Source: Candidatus Latescibacterota bacterium (lineage in GTDB: Bacteria; Latescibacterota; UBA2968; UBA8231). Taken from it: a DNA stretch of 64,000 bases. The position numbers and the translations under genes were made by a program. Below are positions 9,007-19,861 of the stretch, one piece after another (the stretch's first letter is position 1; the number at the start of each line of letters is the position of its first letter). The stretch is taken from positions 1 to 64,000 of the forward strand of contig CBDCSU010000006.1 in assembly GCA_965221775.1 (NCBI GenBank). Reading direction: 5' to 3'. The notes under the pieces are model-generated. The model did not search any database and was not told the DNA's origin. It saw only the letters and a program-made list of their open reading frames with translations.

Positions 9007-11145
9007 GTGAAGACTGCCAGACTCAACTGGGCCCGACCCCTGGCTATGGCCGGACTCCTCCTGTGCTGTGGCAACCTCCACGCCCAGGACCTGTCCAGCC
9101 TCTCCATCTCCACCTGGCCCTCCACGACCCAGTATCTCGGCTTTCCCGAGTTCCTCGAGAAGCAGGACGGCCAGATCCGGATCACCGCGGGCGGGTCGTA
9201 TACCCTGTACCTCAACGGAGAGCTGGTGGGCAGCGACGCCGATCCCGCCACCGTGGAGGTCTGGACGGACCTCTCCTTCAAGAAGAAGGAGAACCAGGTG
9301 GCCGTGGTGGTGGACCACGACGGCACTCTGACTCCGTACGGCGTCTATCTCGTCGTTGACGGGGAGCAGGAGCAGTTCGTCAGCTCTCCCACCGACCGCG
9401 CCATGCCGTGGTTCTGGTCCGGCGACGCCCTGCCCAACGAGGAGGACGGCTGGACCAAGCTGAAGCTGAGCAAGCTCGGAGAGCACGAGGAAGACGGACG
9501 GCTCATCACCTGGCAGGCGGCCCAGCGCGGCACCCTCGAGCCGGGGGACTACGCCGAGTTCGAGGACCTCGACCTGACCCGCGCCGGCAGCGTCGCCGGT
9601 TTCCCCGGAGGCCTGTCCGGCCAGGAGCAGGGGCTGCAGCTGCGCAGCCTGGCGGGGCAGAACATGGCCCTCAACTCGCGCACCTCCGACCCCAATCTGG
9701 TCGATGGCGACATCACCAGGGGTGTCGCCTTCCGCAAGGGAGCCGCCTCCCTGGGCCAGGGAGTGGCTACCGACCTCGGCCGGCTCCTGCTGCTGGAGCG
9801 GGTGCGCGTGATCACCCAGCCGCCGGGCCGCAACGACACCTACGAGGACCTCTCCATCCGGGGGTACAGCGTCCTCATCAGCAGGAACGGCATCAGCTAC
9901 CGCGAAGCGGGGGCCCGCAACCAGATCACCACCTACCGCGAGAGCGACATCGTGTTCTCGCCGACCCCGGCCCGCCACGTGAGCCTGAGGATCACCGAGT
10001 TCTCCTCCCGGGACGCCAATCCGAAAATCGGCGAGTTGGAGGTCTTCGCCCAAGGGAGGGACGACCGCGGCGGATACCTCTCCCAGCCGCTGGACCTGGG
10101 CTCCTCCGAGGTCAAGAACTTCGAGCGCGCCGTCCGCCATGGCGAGGTGCCCGCAAACACCGAGATGGACCTGCGCTTCCGCAGCGGCGACGATGGCGAG
10201 AGCTGGAGCGACTGGTCGCCGTGGAGCTCCCTGGCCGAGGTCGGACTGAACGTGCCCGAGCCGCGGAACTACCTCCAGTTCGAGGCGCGCATGCTGAGCC
10301 GGGTCCTCGACGCCACGCCGCGGCTCGACAGCCTCGTGGTCTGGTTCGAGGAGGGTCCCTTTCCGGTCTCCAGCGCCCTCGGCTCCATCTCGCCGGCCCG
10401 CGCCTCCATCGGCGTCGACACCGTGTTCACCTATACGCTGCAGCTGGAACTGGCGGAGACCGATGCGGGCGTAGGGCGCCTGGCCATCCTCACCCCCTGG
10501 CCGGCCCGGCTCGATGCCGGCGGCGTGCACGGTCTGGGCGACGCGGCGATCGCCTCCAGCTACGCCACCGCCGATTCCCTCGTGCTGATCCTCGATCCGC
10601 CGATCACCTCGGCCACGGGGACGACGGAGGTCGTCATCCCCTTCACCACGCGGCTGCTCTCCGCCAGCCACGACTTCCAGGGCCTGCTCTACGCTCCCGG
10701 GAGCGCCGCCTCCCTTCAGGTCGGGACGCGGGAAGGCACCGATCCGGCGACCGAGCTGCCGTTCACCTCCATCACCGAGGCGGCGGACTTCGGCATTCCC
10801 ATCCTCGACCACGTGCAGGCCCTGCCCGCGGTCTTCACCCCCAACGGCGACGGCGTCAACGACTCCGCGGTCCTGGCCTTCACCCTCGGGCGCGTCTCCG
10901 GGTCCTCGGTCGGCTTCGAGATCTACGATGTCGGCGGGACGTTGGTGCGCAGCCTGCCGCCGAGTCGTCTCGATCCCGGCAGCTACTCCCCCATCGGCGG
11001 CCGGGACGCCGGCCTGCCCGGACGTTGGGACGGCCGCGACGACGAGGGCAACCTGTTGCCGCCGGGCCTCTACCTGTACCGGATCGTCGTCGACCTGGAA
11101 CCGGATGACGAGGTGGCCACCGGCGTGGTCGGACTCGCCTACTGA
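9007..11145 (+). CDS. Secreted discoidin-like + FlgD-like CTD protein ('cargo' paralogue 1, 712 aa)
   Basis: GTG start after GAGG. Signal peptide. TDLGRLLLLERVRV...IGELEVF. C-terminus FTPNGDGVND...WDGRDDEG..LPPGLYLY...VVGLAY. Confidence 0.8.
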   Translation: MKTARLNWARPLAMAGLLLCCGNLHAQDLSSLSISTWPSTTQYLGFPEFLEKQDGQIRITAGGSYTLYLNGELVGSDADPATVEVWTDLSFKKKENQVAVVVDHDGTLTPYGVYLVVDGEQEQFVSSPTDRAMPWFWSGDALPNEEDGWTKLKLSKLGEHEEDGRLITWQAAQRGTLEPGDYAEFEDLDLTRAGSVAGFPGGLSGQEQGLQLRSLAGQNMALNSRTSDPNLVDGDITRGVAFRKGAASLGQGVATDLGRLLLLERVRVITQPPGRNDTYEDLSIRGYSVLISRNGISYREAGARNQITTYRESDIVFSPTPARHVSLRITEFSSRDANPKIGELEVFAQGRDDRGGYLSQPLDLGSSEVKNFERAVRHGEVPANTEMDLRFRSGDDGESWSDWSPWSSLAEVGLNVPEPRNYLQFEARMLSRVLDATPRLDSLVVWFEEGPFPVSSALGSISPARASIGVDTVFTYTLQLELAETDAGVGRLAILTPWPARLDAGGVHGLGDAAIASSYATADSLVLILDPPITSATGTTEVVIPFTTRLLSASHDFQGLLYAPGSAASLQVGTREGTDPATELPFTSITEAADFGIPILDHVQALPAVFTPNGDGVNDSAVLAFTLGRVSGSSVGFEIYDVGGTLVRSLPPSRLDPGSYSPIGGRDAGLPGRWDGRDDEGNLLPPGLYLYRIVVDLEPDDEVATGVVGLAY

Positions 11146-11180
11146 GCCCCGAGGATCCAGGGTCCACCCGACACGAATCC

Positions 11181-13877
11181 ATGCGCGCCTCTCTCGCCTC
11201 CATCTTCCTGATCCTGCTGGCCTCGGCGCCGCAGCCGTCGGAGGGACAGTTCCTGTCCCGGGACTTCCGGCGGCTGTGGGCCAACCAGATCTTCGAGAAC
11301 TACGGGGCCGCGGGGTACCGGGACTACGACCTGGAGGAGGAGAACCGGCGCTTCGACCTCTTCGGTGATCTCCTCATCGACGGCGTCGACATCATCGAGT
11401 ACAGCGAGATCCGGCGGGACGCCCCCGGCATCCGGGGCAGCTTCGAGACCCGCAACGCCCGCTACGAACGCTTCTTCAAGAAGCTGGTCATCGCCAACGA
11501 GGGGTTCGGCAACTGGTCGACGCGCCTGATCATCGGGGACCACATCCGCACCTTCTTCACCCCCATGACGCTGAACCTGCCCAACTACAACGGCATCCGC
11601 TGGGACGGCGCCTCCCGCAAGAGCCGCTTCAGCGTCATCGCCAGCCACCTGAGGGATCCGGTGGTGCTGGGCGGGGGGCTGTCGGTGGACCAGAACATCG
11701 AGGAGCGCCGGATCTGGGGGGGCAGCCTCTTCGGCGTCCACTGGGAGAGCCAGATCGGCGGCCTCCTCAAGCTCGGGACCACCTACGTCAACGTGCACCG
11801 CTTCGACTCCGAGGCGGCGGCCAGGGTCAACAGCCTCAAGGGCACGATCCCCGGCGTGATGCAGGGCGGGCTTCACAAGGTCTACGTGTTCTTCAGCGAC
11901 GACTCCCCCCACGACGCCTTCGCCGGCGCCGCCGTTCACGACCTCACCATGACCGTGGACGGGATGCCGGTGATGCCCCTGCGGGTCGGACGGATCGACG
12001 GGCTCATCGAGCAGATTCCCGTCACCTCCGATCCCACCAGCACGATCCTGCTCGAGCCCCACGAGGTCGACTACCTGCGCCGCAACCGCTCCTGGCTGCG
12101 CGCCGTGGTCGAGGCCAGCCGCGACCGGTTCTTCTCCTCCCTCCTCGACAAGATCACCACCGACATCAGCGCCGCGGCGATGGCCTCCAGGGGCGCCCCC
12201 CTGCGCGCCGACGGGACCGACGTCATCTTCTTCGAGTACGAAGTCCCCGACACGGTGAGTTCCATCGACTTCAGCGCCGTCCTCGCCGACGACTACAACG
12301 TCGACGTGGTGGGGGCCATGCAGGTGCCGATCCTGGCCCCGGGGGACGACGACTTCTACTACGACTGGTACAACGCCCGGCGCGCCCGGGGACAGCCCGG
12401 GCACGGGTCGAACCGGCACCGGGTCGACTTCCGCTACGGTTTCCCCACGGGGCTGACCGTCGCCGGCCTCGACTGGGACCTCGAGGCCCTCGGCTTCCAC
12501 CTGGAGGGGGAGTTCGCCCGCAGCCTGCGGTTCCTCCAGGTCCCCAACCGCGACGCCCAGCGCCACCGCCGGGAGAGCTCGACCTTCTACTTCCGCCTCA
12601 CCCGCCCCTTGCGCGACCGGGCGGAGCTGGGGTTCGAGTACTTCGACATGCCCGACGACTACACGACGGAGTTCCCCCTCTTCCTCAACCAGCGCACCAC
12701 CAAGTCGGTCGGCGGCCGGCTCTACACGCCCTTCGCCCTCGTGGAGGACAACGACGATCTCGACTTCTGGCCGGACCGGATCGAGCACAACGATCCGCTG
12801 GCTCCGTACTCCGATCCGCTGGCCAGCCGGTTCGGCTACCCCGGCAAGGGTGTCTACCCCGGCCTGGACCCGGACGACGACGGCGTCCTGGACTACAACC
12901 TCGACCTGGAGTTCGGCTCCGACTCGAGCCAGCCCTTCCTCGGCTACTACTCGGAGCCGTCCGGTCTGGTCTACGGCGACGACTTCGACAACAACGGCGT
13001 CGTCGACTACCGCGAGAACGACAACCTGCCGGACTACGCCTACCCCCTCGATCACCGGGGATTCCACGCCTACGGCACGGTGGAGGTGAACCAGCGAACC
13101 CAGCTGAAGACGGGGTTGTACCGGGTGCGCCAGCCGGTCATGGGCGGGCGCAACGACACCGAGTACGTGGAGGGACAGTACCGCCGGGACTGGCCGGGAC
13201 TGGGGTACCTGCGGCTGAACCACCGGGTCAAGTGGATGGAGGACACCATCCGCAACACCGTCTTCAACTTCGGCAGCGTCGGCTCCCTCCGGCCCGACCG
13301 GCTGGGCAGCCGCGACACGGTGAGCAACTACACCTTCTTCGAGACCGGCCTGATGGCGGTGCCCGACGTCAACCTGCGCAACATCATCACCTTCGGCTTC
13401 TCGGAGCTGGTCGGTGGTCCCGTGGCCGATCCCTTCATCACCAGGCCGGGCCGCTACACCGGCGTGACGGTGATGAACAAGATCGACTACACCTGGAGGC
13501 GGGGACGGCTGACCGTGCGGCCCCAGTTCAAGCACATCTACTCGCGCAGCACCTCGCCCGAGGAGACCCTGCCCTCTTCGCAGAGCCGCCAGGTGCGGCC
13601 GATCCTGCGGGCCGACTACCGGCTCACGCCCAAAACCGAGCTGAAGACCGGCATCCAGGGGTTGCCCTTCTGGCCTGAGAAGACCACCTACGCGGTGCGG
13701 CCCGAGAGCCAGTACACGCGCATGACCTACACGGCGATGATCCAGAACCGGAGCAACTACCTCGGCTACGATCTGGTCCTGCTCATGGGCACCTACCGCA
13801 CCGAGATCGACTACGCCGGCTCCGACCGGCCGGGCAACGGCTACCTCCAGTACTTCTTCCGGGTCTTCATCGGCTGA
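11181..13877 (+). CDS. Large secreted hypothetical protein, predicted outer-membrane beta-barrel with Asp-rich loop ('barrel' paralogue 1, 898 aa)
   Basis: Signal peptide, amphipathic strands, LVEDNDD...GVYPGLDPDDDG...RENDNLPDY. Ends YLQYFFRVFIG. Strong codon bias. Confidence 0.8.
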   Translation: MRASLASIFLILLASAPQPSEGQFLSRDFRRLWANQIFENYGAAGYRDYDLEEENRRFDLFGDLLIDGVDIIEYSEIRRDAPGIRGSFETRNARYERFFKKLVIANEGFGNWSTRLIIGDHIRTFFTPMTLNLPNYNGIRWDGASRKSRFSVIASHLRDPVVLGGGLSVDQNIEERRIWGGSLFGVHWESQIGGLLKLGTTYVNVHRFDSEAAARVNSLKGTIPGVMQGGLHKVYVFFSDDSPHDAFAGAAVHDLTMTVDGMPVMPLRVGRIDGLIEQIPVTSDPTSTILLEPHEVDYLRRNRSWLRAVVEASRDRFFSSLLDKITTDISAAAMASRGAPLRADGTDVIFFEYEVPDTVSSIDFSAVLADDYNVDVVGAMQVPILAPGDDDFYYDWYNARRARGQPGHGSNRHRVDFRYGFPTGLTVAGLDWDLEALGFHLEGEFARSLRFLQVPNRDAQRHRRESSTFYFRLTRPLRDRAELGFEYFDMPDDYTTEFPLFLNQRTTKSVGGRLYTPFALVEDNDDLDFWPDRIEHNDPLAPYSDPLASRFGYPGKGVYPGLDPDDDGVLDYNLDLEFGSDSSQPFLGYYSEPSGLVYGDDFDNNGVVDYRENDNLPDYAYPLDHRGFHAYGTVEVNQRTQLKTGLYRVRQPVMGGRNDTEYVEGQYRRDWPGLGYLRLNHRVKWMEDTIRNTVFNFGSVGSLRPDRLGSRDTVSNYTFFETGLMAVPDVNLRNIITFGFSELVGGPVADPFITRPGRYTGVTVMNKIDYTWRRGRLTVRPQFKHIYSRSTSPEETLPSSQSRQVRPILRADYRLTPKTELKTGIQGLPFWPEKTTYAVRPESQYTRMTYTAMIQNRSNYLGYDLVLLMGTYRTEIDYAGSDRPGNGYLQYFFRVFIG

Positions 13878-16693
13878 TGGCGCGCATCCTTCGACATACG
13901 GCGGCTGCGGCCACGGCCTGCTGGCTGATGACGGGAGCTGTCTGTCCGGCGCAGGCGCAACTGCTGTTCAAGCCCGGCGAGCCGTACGTCAACTACGCCT
14001 ACGAGGGCTACCGGAGCTACCAGAACCTGATCTTCGCCCGGGACCGCCTGCCCGTCTTCGATCCCCTCGGCCAGTTCGTTATGAACGGCACCCAGGTCTT
14101 CAAGCTCCAGGAGACGCGGACCGTCGCGCCCGCGCCAGGCACCCTCATCTCCAAGCCCAGGCTCTACCAGAACTACCTGAACCGCCTGCTCATCGCCGAC
14201 GACGCCTACGCCGGGGCCACGAGCAAGCTCATCATCGGCGACCACGTGCGCACCAAGTTCACCTCCCTCACCCTCGACATGGCGTCGATGAACGGACTGC
14301 GCTTCGACACCAGCTTCGAGAGCGGCTCCGCGATCCTGGCGGTCTCCCGCGTGGACCGGCCGATCTTCGAGGCCCTGGGGCAGCAGAACGTCGACCACCG
14401 GGTCCACGGCGTGGAGGAGCGCTACGAGACCCGGCCGCGATGGTCGACCTACCTTCTCGGCGGCGACCTGCGCACCCAGTTGCCGGGCCTCGACATGGGG
14501 TTGAGCTGGGTCAACCAGTACCGCACCGACAGCTTCAAGGATCTGAACGACAACAGCTGGAAGGGCACCCTCCCGACCACCGGCGCCCCTCCCGAGTGGA
14601 TCGTGGTGCGCGTCGCCGACCAGGAGCCCGACGACGAGGTGGGAGTGCGCGTCAAGGTGCCCACCATCACCCTCAACGGCCGCCGGCTGCAGCACCATCT
14701 CGGACCCTACGACAACCTGGATCCGGACGCGCCCACCCTCACGGTGACCGAGCACTCCGACCGGACGATCATCCCGCCGATCCTCTGGCGGGATGCCCAG
14801 GATCCGATCATCGAGCACGACCACGTCTCCCCCACACCCCAGGGCTTCTACGAGACCCGGGGTCCGGGGAGCCTGCTGTTCTGGTTCCGGGTCCCCCACA
14901 CCTTCGATGACGCCGCCGAGGCCGAGGTGATCAACCAGGCGTACGTCGATCTGGACGTGGCGGGGGACTACGTGATCGAGCTGTCGGAGGTCTTCGACGG
15001 CATCTCCAACAACCCGGCGACCTATTTCTACACCGCCGCCCGGTCGCGGGGCCGGCCGGACAACCTCGCCGACTTCCGCCGCGTGCGGGCCCACTACGGC
15101 CGCCAGACCGGCCGCACCCTGGCCAGCGCCCACCTGAACCTGGACGTCAAGGGCTTCATGCTGCACACGGAGTACGTGCGCAACTTCGCCTTCCGCGCCT
15201 ATCCGGCGCTGTTGAGCACGGAGCTGGAGCACTACCAGAACGAGAGTCAGGCGTGGTTCGCCGTGGTCCGCCGCGACTGGAACGGCTTTGCCGTCGGCGG
15301 CGAGGTGTTCAACGTGGACGCCGCCTATTCCACCGTGCTCACGGTGCAGGACGACGCCTTCAACACCAGCGCCGGCTTCCCCTCCGCGCCCTTCAACTAC
15401 CCGCAGCAGATTCACGAGCCGCGGCTGCCGACGAAGGTCGGCCGCAACATCACCGACCAGACCTACACGCGCGAGTTCGACACCGTCGACGACAACGACG
15501 ACAAGGACCAGTACCCGGACACCTACTACCTGCGCAAGACCACCAACCCGGAGACCGGGGGGCGCTTCATCCAGGATCCGGACGGCGTCTTCCCGGGGCT
15601 CGACGCCGACCTGAACGGCCGGCCCGACATCAACGAGAACAACAACCTGATCCCCGACTACTACGAGCCCTTCCTGCTCTACAAGGTCAATCCCGACGCC
15701 TACGAGTGGGGCGAGGACCTCAACAACAACGGCAAGATCGACGAGCGCGAGAACGACCTGAAGTCCGACTACCCCTACGACATCGACCGCCGCGGATTCC
15801 ACGGGTTCTCCCGGCTCCTTCACGGCCGCGCCACCGTGACCGTCGGCCACCACAGGTCGTGGGCGCCCTTCGGAGGCGGCCGCGCCGAGTCGACCTACGG
15901 CAAGGTCGAGTACGAGCGCCGGATCCCCTTCCTGGCGGAGATCTACGGGGTGGAGCGGCTCAAGCGCGTGCGCGACGACGTGGCCGACGACATCTTCGGC
16001 CTGGGGCGGGACCCGATCTACTTCGAGCCCGACATCATATCGATCGTGCCCCTCACCGAGGAGCAGATCTTCAATCCCCTCGGCGAGGCCCAGCTGCTCA
16101 AGGACCCGCTGACGATGCGCGACAGCTGGGTGAACACGCTCTACACGCGGACGCGCTACATCGGCGCGCCGAACCTCAACGTGGAGCTCTCGGTCAAGTA
16201 CGAGACCAACCTCCAGCAGAGCACCTCCCTGCAGCCGGAGAACCGCGTCTCCGACCTGGCCACGGTGGTCAAGGCCGACTACACGTGGAACCCCTGGAGC
16301 CGGCTGCGTGTCGTTCCGCAGCTCAAGTGGATGCGCCAGCGCCTGCAGGACGACGAGGAGCGGATCCTGGAGATCGCCGAGGACTACCTCTACCCGATCC
16401 TGAGGCTGGAGTACCCCCTCTCCTCGCGCACCGAGATCAAGCTAGGCGCCCAGGGCTTCCCCTTCCTTCCGGGCACCTACCGCAACGAGGCGGCCCCGGG
16501 GGTGGACTTCGATTCCCAGGTGTACCTGGCGCTGCTGAGCAACACCTCCACCTACGTGGGCTACCAGATCAACGTCAACCTGGGCTACGAGAAGCGCATC
16601 CGGACCTTCCTCGACGAGAGCCGGTCCGATCAGGACATCGACCTGTCGCGCCTCTTCCTGCGCGTCATCGTCGGCCTGAGGCCGCAGTTCTGA
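13877..16693 (+). CDS. 'Barrel' paralogue 2 (938 aa)
   Basis: TGATG coupling to the upstream gene. Signal peptide (AQA|Q). Colinear motifs LIIGDHVRTKFTSLT, VDDNDD, GVFPGLD, RENDLKSDYPY. Confidence 0.8.
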   Translation: MARILRHTAAAATACWLMTGAVCPAQAQLLFKPGEPYVNYAYEGYRSYQNLIFARDRLPVFDPLGQFVMNGTQVFKLQETRTVAPAPGTLISKPRLYQNYLNRLLIADDAYAGATSKLIIGDHVRTKFTSLTLDMASMNGLRFDTSFESGSAILAVSRVDRPIFEALGQQNVDHRVHGVEERYETRPRWSTYLLGGDLRTQLPGLDMGLSWVNQYRTDSFKDLNDNSWKGTLPTTGAPPEWIVVRVADQEPDDEVGVRVKVPTITLNGRRLQHHLGPYDNLDPDAPTLTVTEHSDRTIIPPILWRDAQDPIIEHDHVSPTPQGFYETRGPGSLLFWFRVPHTFDDAAEAEVINQAYVDLDVAGDYVIELSEVFDGISNNPATYFYTAARSRGRPDNLADFRRVRAHYGRQTGRTLASAHLNLDVKGFMLHTEYVRNFAFRAYPALLSTELEHYQNESQAWFAVVRRDWNGFAVGGEVFNVDAAYSTVLTVQDDAFNTSAGFPSAPFNYPQQIHEPRLPTKVGRNITDQTYTREFDTVDDNDDKDQYPDTYYLRKTTNPETGGRFIQDPDGVFPGLDADLNGRPDINENNNLIPDYYEPFLLYKVNPDAYEWGEDLNNNGKIDERENDLKSDYPYDIDRRGFHGFSRLLHGRATVTVGHHRSWAPFGGGRAESTYGKVEYERRIPFLAEIYGVERLKRVRDDVADDIFGLGRDPIYFEPDIISIVPLTEEQIFNPLGEAQLLKDPLTMRDSWVNTLYTRTRYIGAPNLNVELSVKYETNLQQSTSLQPENRVSDLATVVKADYTWNPWSRLRVVPQLKWMRQRLQDDEERILEIAEDYLYPILRLEYPLSSRTEIKLGAQGFPFLPGTYRNEAAPGVDFDSQVYLALLSNTSTYVGYQINVNLGYEKRIRTFLDESRSDQDIDLSRLFLRVIVGLRPQF

Positions 16694-16778
16694 TGCCATG
16701 AGAGCCGTGATCGCACACAGGGCCGGGGACCGGGGGAGGCGCCGCCGTGGAGGCCGTCCCCGAGGGTGGGAGCCCTCC

Positions 16779-19700
16779 ATGGTGTGTTGGCTGCTGGTGG
16801 GCCTGCTGCTGGTGACGCTCGCTCCCGTTTCCGCCGAGGACGAGGAGAAGGAGGACCGGCCCGAGCACCCGGCCCTGGGGCCGGTGCGCCTGATGCCGGA
16901 TCAGCCCTTCATCGGCCGCATCGGGCGGCAGCATTACCAGAACTACGGCTTCGAGGACTACTCGCGGCGGCCCGTGGCCACCAGCAACCTGAGCCACCGC
17001 TACAACTACCTCGGCGACCCGCTGGTCTACGGCACCCAGTCGATCCGCTGGGTCGAGTCGCGGGGCCTGGGCACGTCCCGAGGCTACAGCTCGGTCAGCG
17101 AAGGCGGATCCCACGGCACCGGCCGGGGCGGCACCGACTACGCGCCCCCCGGCGGCAGCTTCGCCAACCTCTTCAACTATGTCATGGTCGGCTCCGACGG
17201 CACCGACTCCTGGCAGGCCCGGGCGATCTACGCCAACGAGCTGCGCTCCAAGTTCACGCCCCTCACCTTCAAGATGTCCAACGTCGACGGCCTGCGCCTC
17301 GACGTGGGCACCGAGCACGACAAGTTCTCCGCCCTGTTCTCCAACCTCACGCCCACGGGCGGCGGCTTCATCGTGCCCACCACCATGCTCGGCGCCCACT
17401 ACGAGCGCAAGGTGGGGTTCCTCAACTTCGGCGCCAGCTTCGTCAACGCCCATCAGTACGAGCACCAGATGTCGAACCGCCACCAGTCCCTCAAGGGCTC
17501 GGTGGGCAACATCCAGCGCCCCACGGCGATGGTGGCCGTCCGCATCTCCGACGGCTCGCCCCAGGACGGCCGCGACGGGCCGGTGCTCCACGGCTTCAGG
17601 GTCTACGTCAACGGCGAGCTGCGGCCGGAGGCCGATGTCTTCGTCCTCCGTCTCAACCAGAGCGGCGCCGGCCGCAAGACGTACGTGGCCGGCCTCCTCG
17701 ACGAGGGCAAGGACAACGAGCGCCGCAGGCCCCTGGAGCCGGACTACCAGACGATCAACAAGGGGGCGGTCTTCAACAGCTTCGCCGTGTACATCAACTA
17801 CGCCGCCTTCGACACCGACGCCTACTACAGGGGCTATGAGCACCCCTACTTCATCGACCACCTCTACTACCGGGACTTCGCCCGCTACGGCCCGGACCAC
17901 GAGTACGAGGAGGGCGTCACCGTCCACAACCAGTTCGCCCACGAGCTCGCCGAGCCCGACGGCGCCTTCGCCCTGATCACCGAGGCCGACCTGCCCCAGG
18001 CCTTCGACGGCGAGGAGTACGCCGTCCTCTACGTCGATCTGGAGCCCTTCCAGGAGCAGATCAACTCCGTCGACATCGACCTGGAGCTGTCCCGGGACTA
18101 CCACGTGGAGGTCTCGGAGATCGATCTGGCGGGCAAGCCGGACGACCTGTTCTTCCTGAACCCGCGGGAGCGCTACAACTACGCCAGCTTCTTCCGCACC
18201 GTCGCCTCGGCGCCCGGCAACTCGAGCAGCGACACGATCGACAGGGTGCGCGTCGAGGTGGGGGCGTCTACCGGACTGAGCCTCTACAGCGCCAACGTGT
18301 ACGGCGTCTTCAAGGGCTTCGAGATCGACGGGGAGTTCAGCCGCAGCCACAGCTACTACCAGTACGCCAGCGGCGTTCCCGGGCCGCGGGTCTACCCCAC
18401 GGACGGCGGGCAGACGGTGAACGCCCTGCGCCGGGAGGAGAACCCGGGGGTGCACTCCAACATCGACGACAACGCCTACTACCTGACCATCAAGCGCGAC
18501 TTCCGGAGATTCGGCGTGGGCGGCGAGGTGTTCTCCATGGGAGCCCACTTCAACACCGAGCTGCGCTCCCACATCGGCCGCAGCGAGGTCAGCTTCGGCA
18601 ACCCGGTGGTCTACAACAACACCTACCTGCACCGGCTGGTGGAGGACAACGACGACAACGACCGGTACCCGGACACGTGGTACACCAACCGGCCCTTCAT
18701 CTGGAACGGCCAGTCCGACCTCGACGGCGTCTTCCCCGGTCTCGACGAGGACAACGACGGCGTGCCCGACACCAACCGGGACTTCGACGCCACGCCGGAC
18801 TACCTCGAGCCTTTCCTGACGTACGACGTGGACCCGCAGATCTTCGACTACGGCGCGGACCTCAACCACAACGACTATATCGACGCCAGAGAGAACGACC
18901 TGCAGCCGGACCTGCCCTACGACCCGGGGCTGCGGGGGCGCCACATCTACGGGACCTTCAAGCCGATCACGGGGGCCCAGATGACCCTGGGTCTGCTCGA
19001 CGCCGAGCAGATCGCCGCCGGCGACCCGAACGAGTCCCTCTACGCCAAGGTCGGTTACCAGCGCCGGATCCCGAGCCTGGGGCGGTTCCAGGGCGCCCTG
19101 TTCACCGAGCGCGTGCGAGACGGTGTCGAGGATCCCCTCAGCGTCTACAGCGACGAGGTCCTGACGGCGGCCGAGCAGCTCCGGCGCGAGTTCGGCGGAT
19201 TCCAGCGCAACATCCGCATCTCCCCCTTCCTCGAGGTGCCGCGGGAGGATCCGCTGCTGTTCAAGAACAGCACCTACTCGCGTTTCTTCGTCGACGCGCG
19301 CTGGACGACCCTGCCCGGCCTCAACCTCCACAACAAGGTCAAGTACGAGATCAACCAGCAGCACGACGGAGAGCTCTACGACGGCACTCTCCAGGAGGGC
19401 CGGACCCTGTCGAGGTGGGCCATGGTGCACCGCTTGGACTACCTGTGGCCGATCCGGCCCAAGCTGAGCCTGTTCTCGGGGCTCAAGTACCGCTTCCTGC
19501 GGGAGTGGCAGACGGGAGACGTGACCACGCAGCACGAGCGGCATATCATCCCCATCCTCAAGCTCAACTACGACCTGACCTTGAGGACCCGCCTTCAGTT
19601 CGGGGTGGAGGGTCTGGGCAGCCTCCTGCCCTACTCGGTGGTCGACCTGGCCCAACCCGAGAACGACTTCGAGCAGTACGACTACGTGCTCATGCTGACC

Positions 19701-19859
19701 AACAACTCCAAGTACTTCGGCTACATCCTCTCCACCAACGCCGGCCTCAGCCGCAGGAACCGGGTCTTCGACGAGCCGGCGGTGGCCGAGGTCAAGGACG
19801 AGAAGTTCACGGCGGTCTTCATCAACGTGATCCTCGGCTTCGAGGAGGAAACCTACTAG
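16779..19859 (+). CDS. 'Barrel' paralogue 3 (about 1026 aa; alternative start 16698)
   Basis: Signal MVCWLLVGLLLVTLAPVSA. Motifs LRSKFTPLTF, LVEDNDD, GVFPGLDEDNDG, RENDLQPDLPY. Confidence 0.8.
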   Translation: MVCWLLVGLLLVTLAPVSAEDEEKEDRPEHPALGPVRLMPDQPFIGRIGRQHYQNYGFEDYSRRPVATSNLSHRYNYLGDPLVYGTQSIRWVESRGLGTSRGYSSVSEGGSHGTGRGGTDYAPPGGSFANLFNYVMVGSDGTDSWQARAIYANELRSKFTPLTFKMSNVDGLRLDVGTEHDKFSALFSNLTPTGGGFIVPTTMLGAHYERKVGFLNFGASFVNAHQYEHQMSNRHQSLKGSVGNIQRPTAMVAVRISDGSPQDGRDGPVLHGFRVYVNGELRPEADVFVLRLNQSGAGRKTYVAGLLDEGKDNERRRPLEPDYQTINKGAVFNSFAVYINYAAFDTDAYYRGYEHPYFIDHLYYRDFARYGPDHEYEEGVTVHNQFAHELAEPDGAFALITEADLPQAFDGEEYAVLYVDLEPFQEQINSVDIDLELSRDYHVEVSEIDLAGKPDDLFFLNPRERYNYASFFRTVASAPGNSSSDTIDRVRVEVGASTGLSLYSANVYGVFKGFEIDGEFSRSHSYYQYASGVPGPRVYPTDGGQTVNALRREENPGVHSNIDDNAYYLTIKRDFRRFGVGGEVFSMGAHFNTELRSHIGRSEVSFGNPVVYNNTYLHRLVEDNDDNDRYPDTWYTNRPFIWNGQSDLDGVFPGLDEDNDGVPDTNRDFDATPDYLEPFLTYDVDPQIFDYGADLNHNDYIDARENDLQPDLPYDPGLRGRHIYGTFKPITGAQMTLGLLDAEQIAAGDPNESLYAKVGYQRRIPSLGRFQGALFTERVRDGVEDPLSVYSDEVLTAAEQLRREFGGFQRNIRISPFLEVPREDPLLFKNSTYSRFFVDARWTTLPGLNLHNKVKYEINQQHDGELYDGTLQEGRTLSRWAMVHRLDYLWPIRPKLSLFSGLKYRFLREWQTGDVTTQHERHIIPILKLNYDLTLRTRLQFGVEGLGSLLPYSVVDLAQPENDFEQYDYVLMLTNNSKYFGYILSTNAGLSRRNRVFDEPAVAEVKDEKFTAVFINVILGFEEETY

Positions 19860-19861
19860 GG

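Noticed and set aside
11181-19859. Calling the large proteins TonB-dependent receptors or SprA
   Set aside because: No plug-domain motifs or TonB box recognised, and they are far shorter than SprA.
18677-19861. N-terminal 395 aa of the 1477 aa TPR ORF
   Set aside because: Arg/Pro-rich shadow frame over barrel paralogue 3; the true start is ATG 19862.
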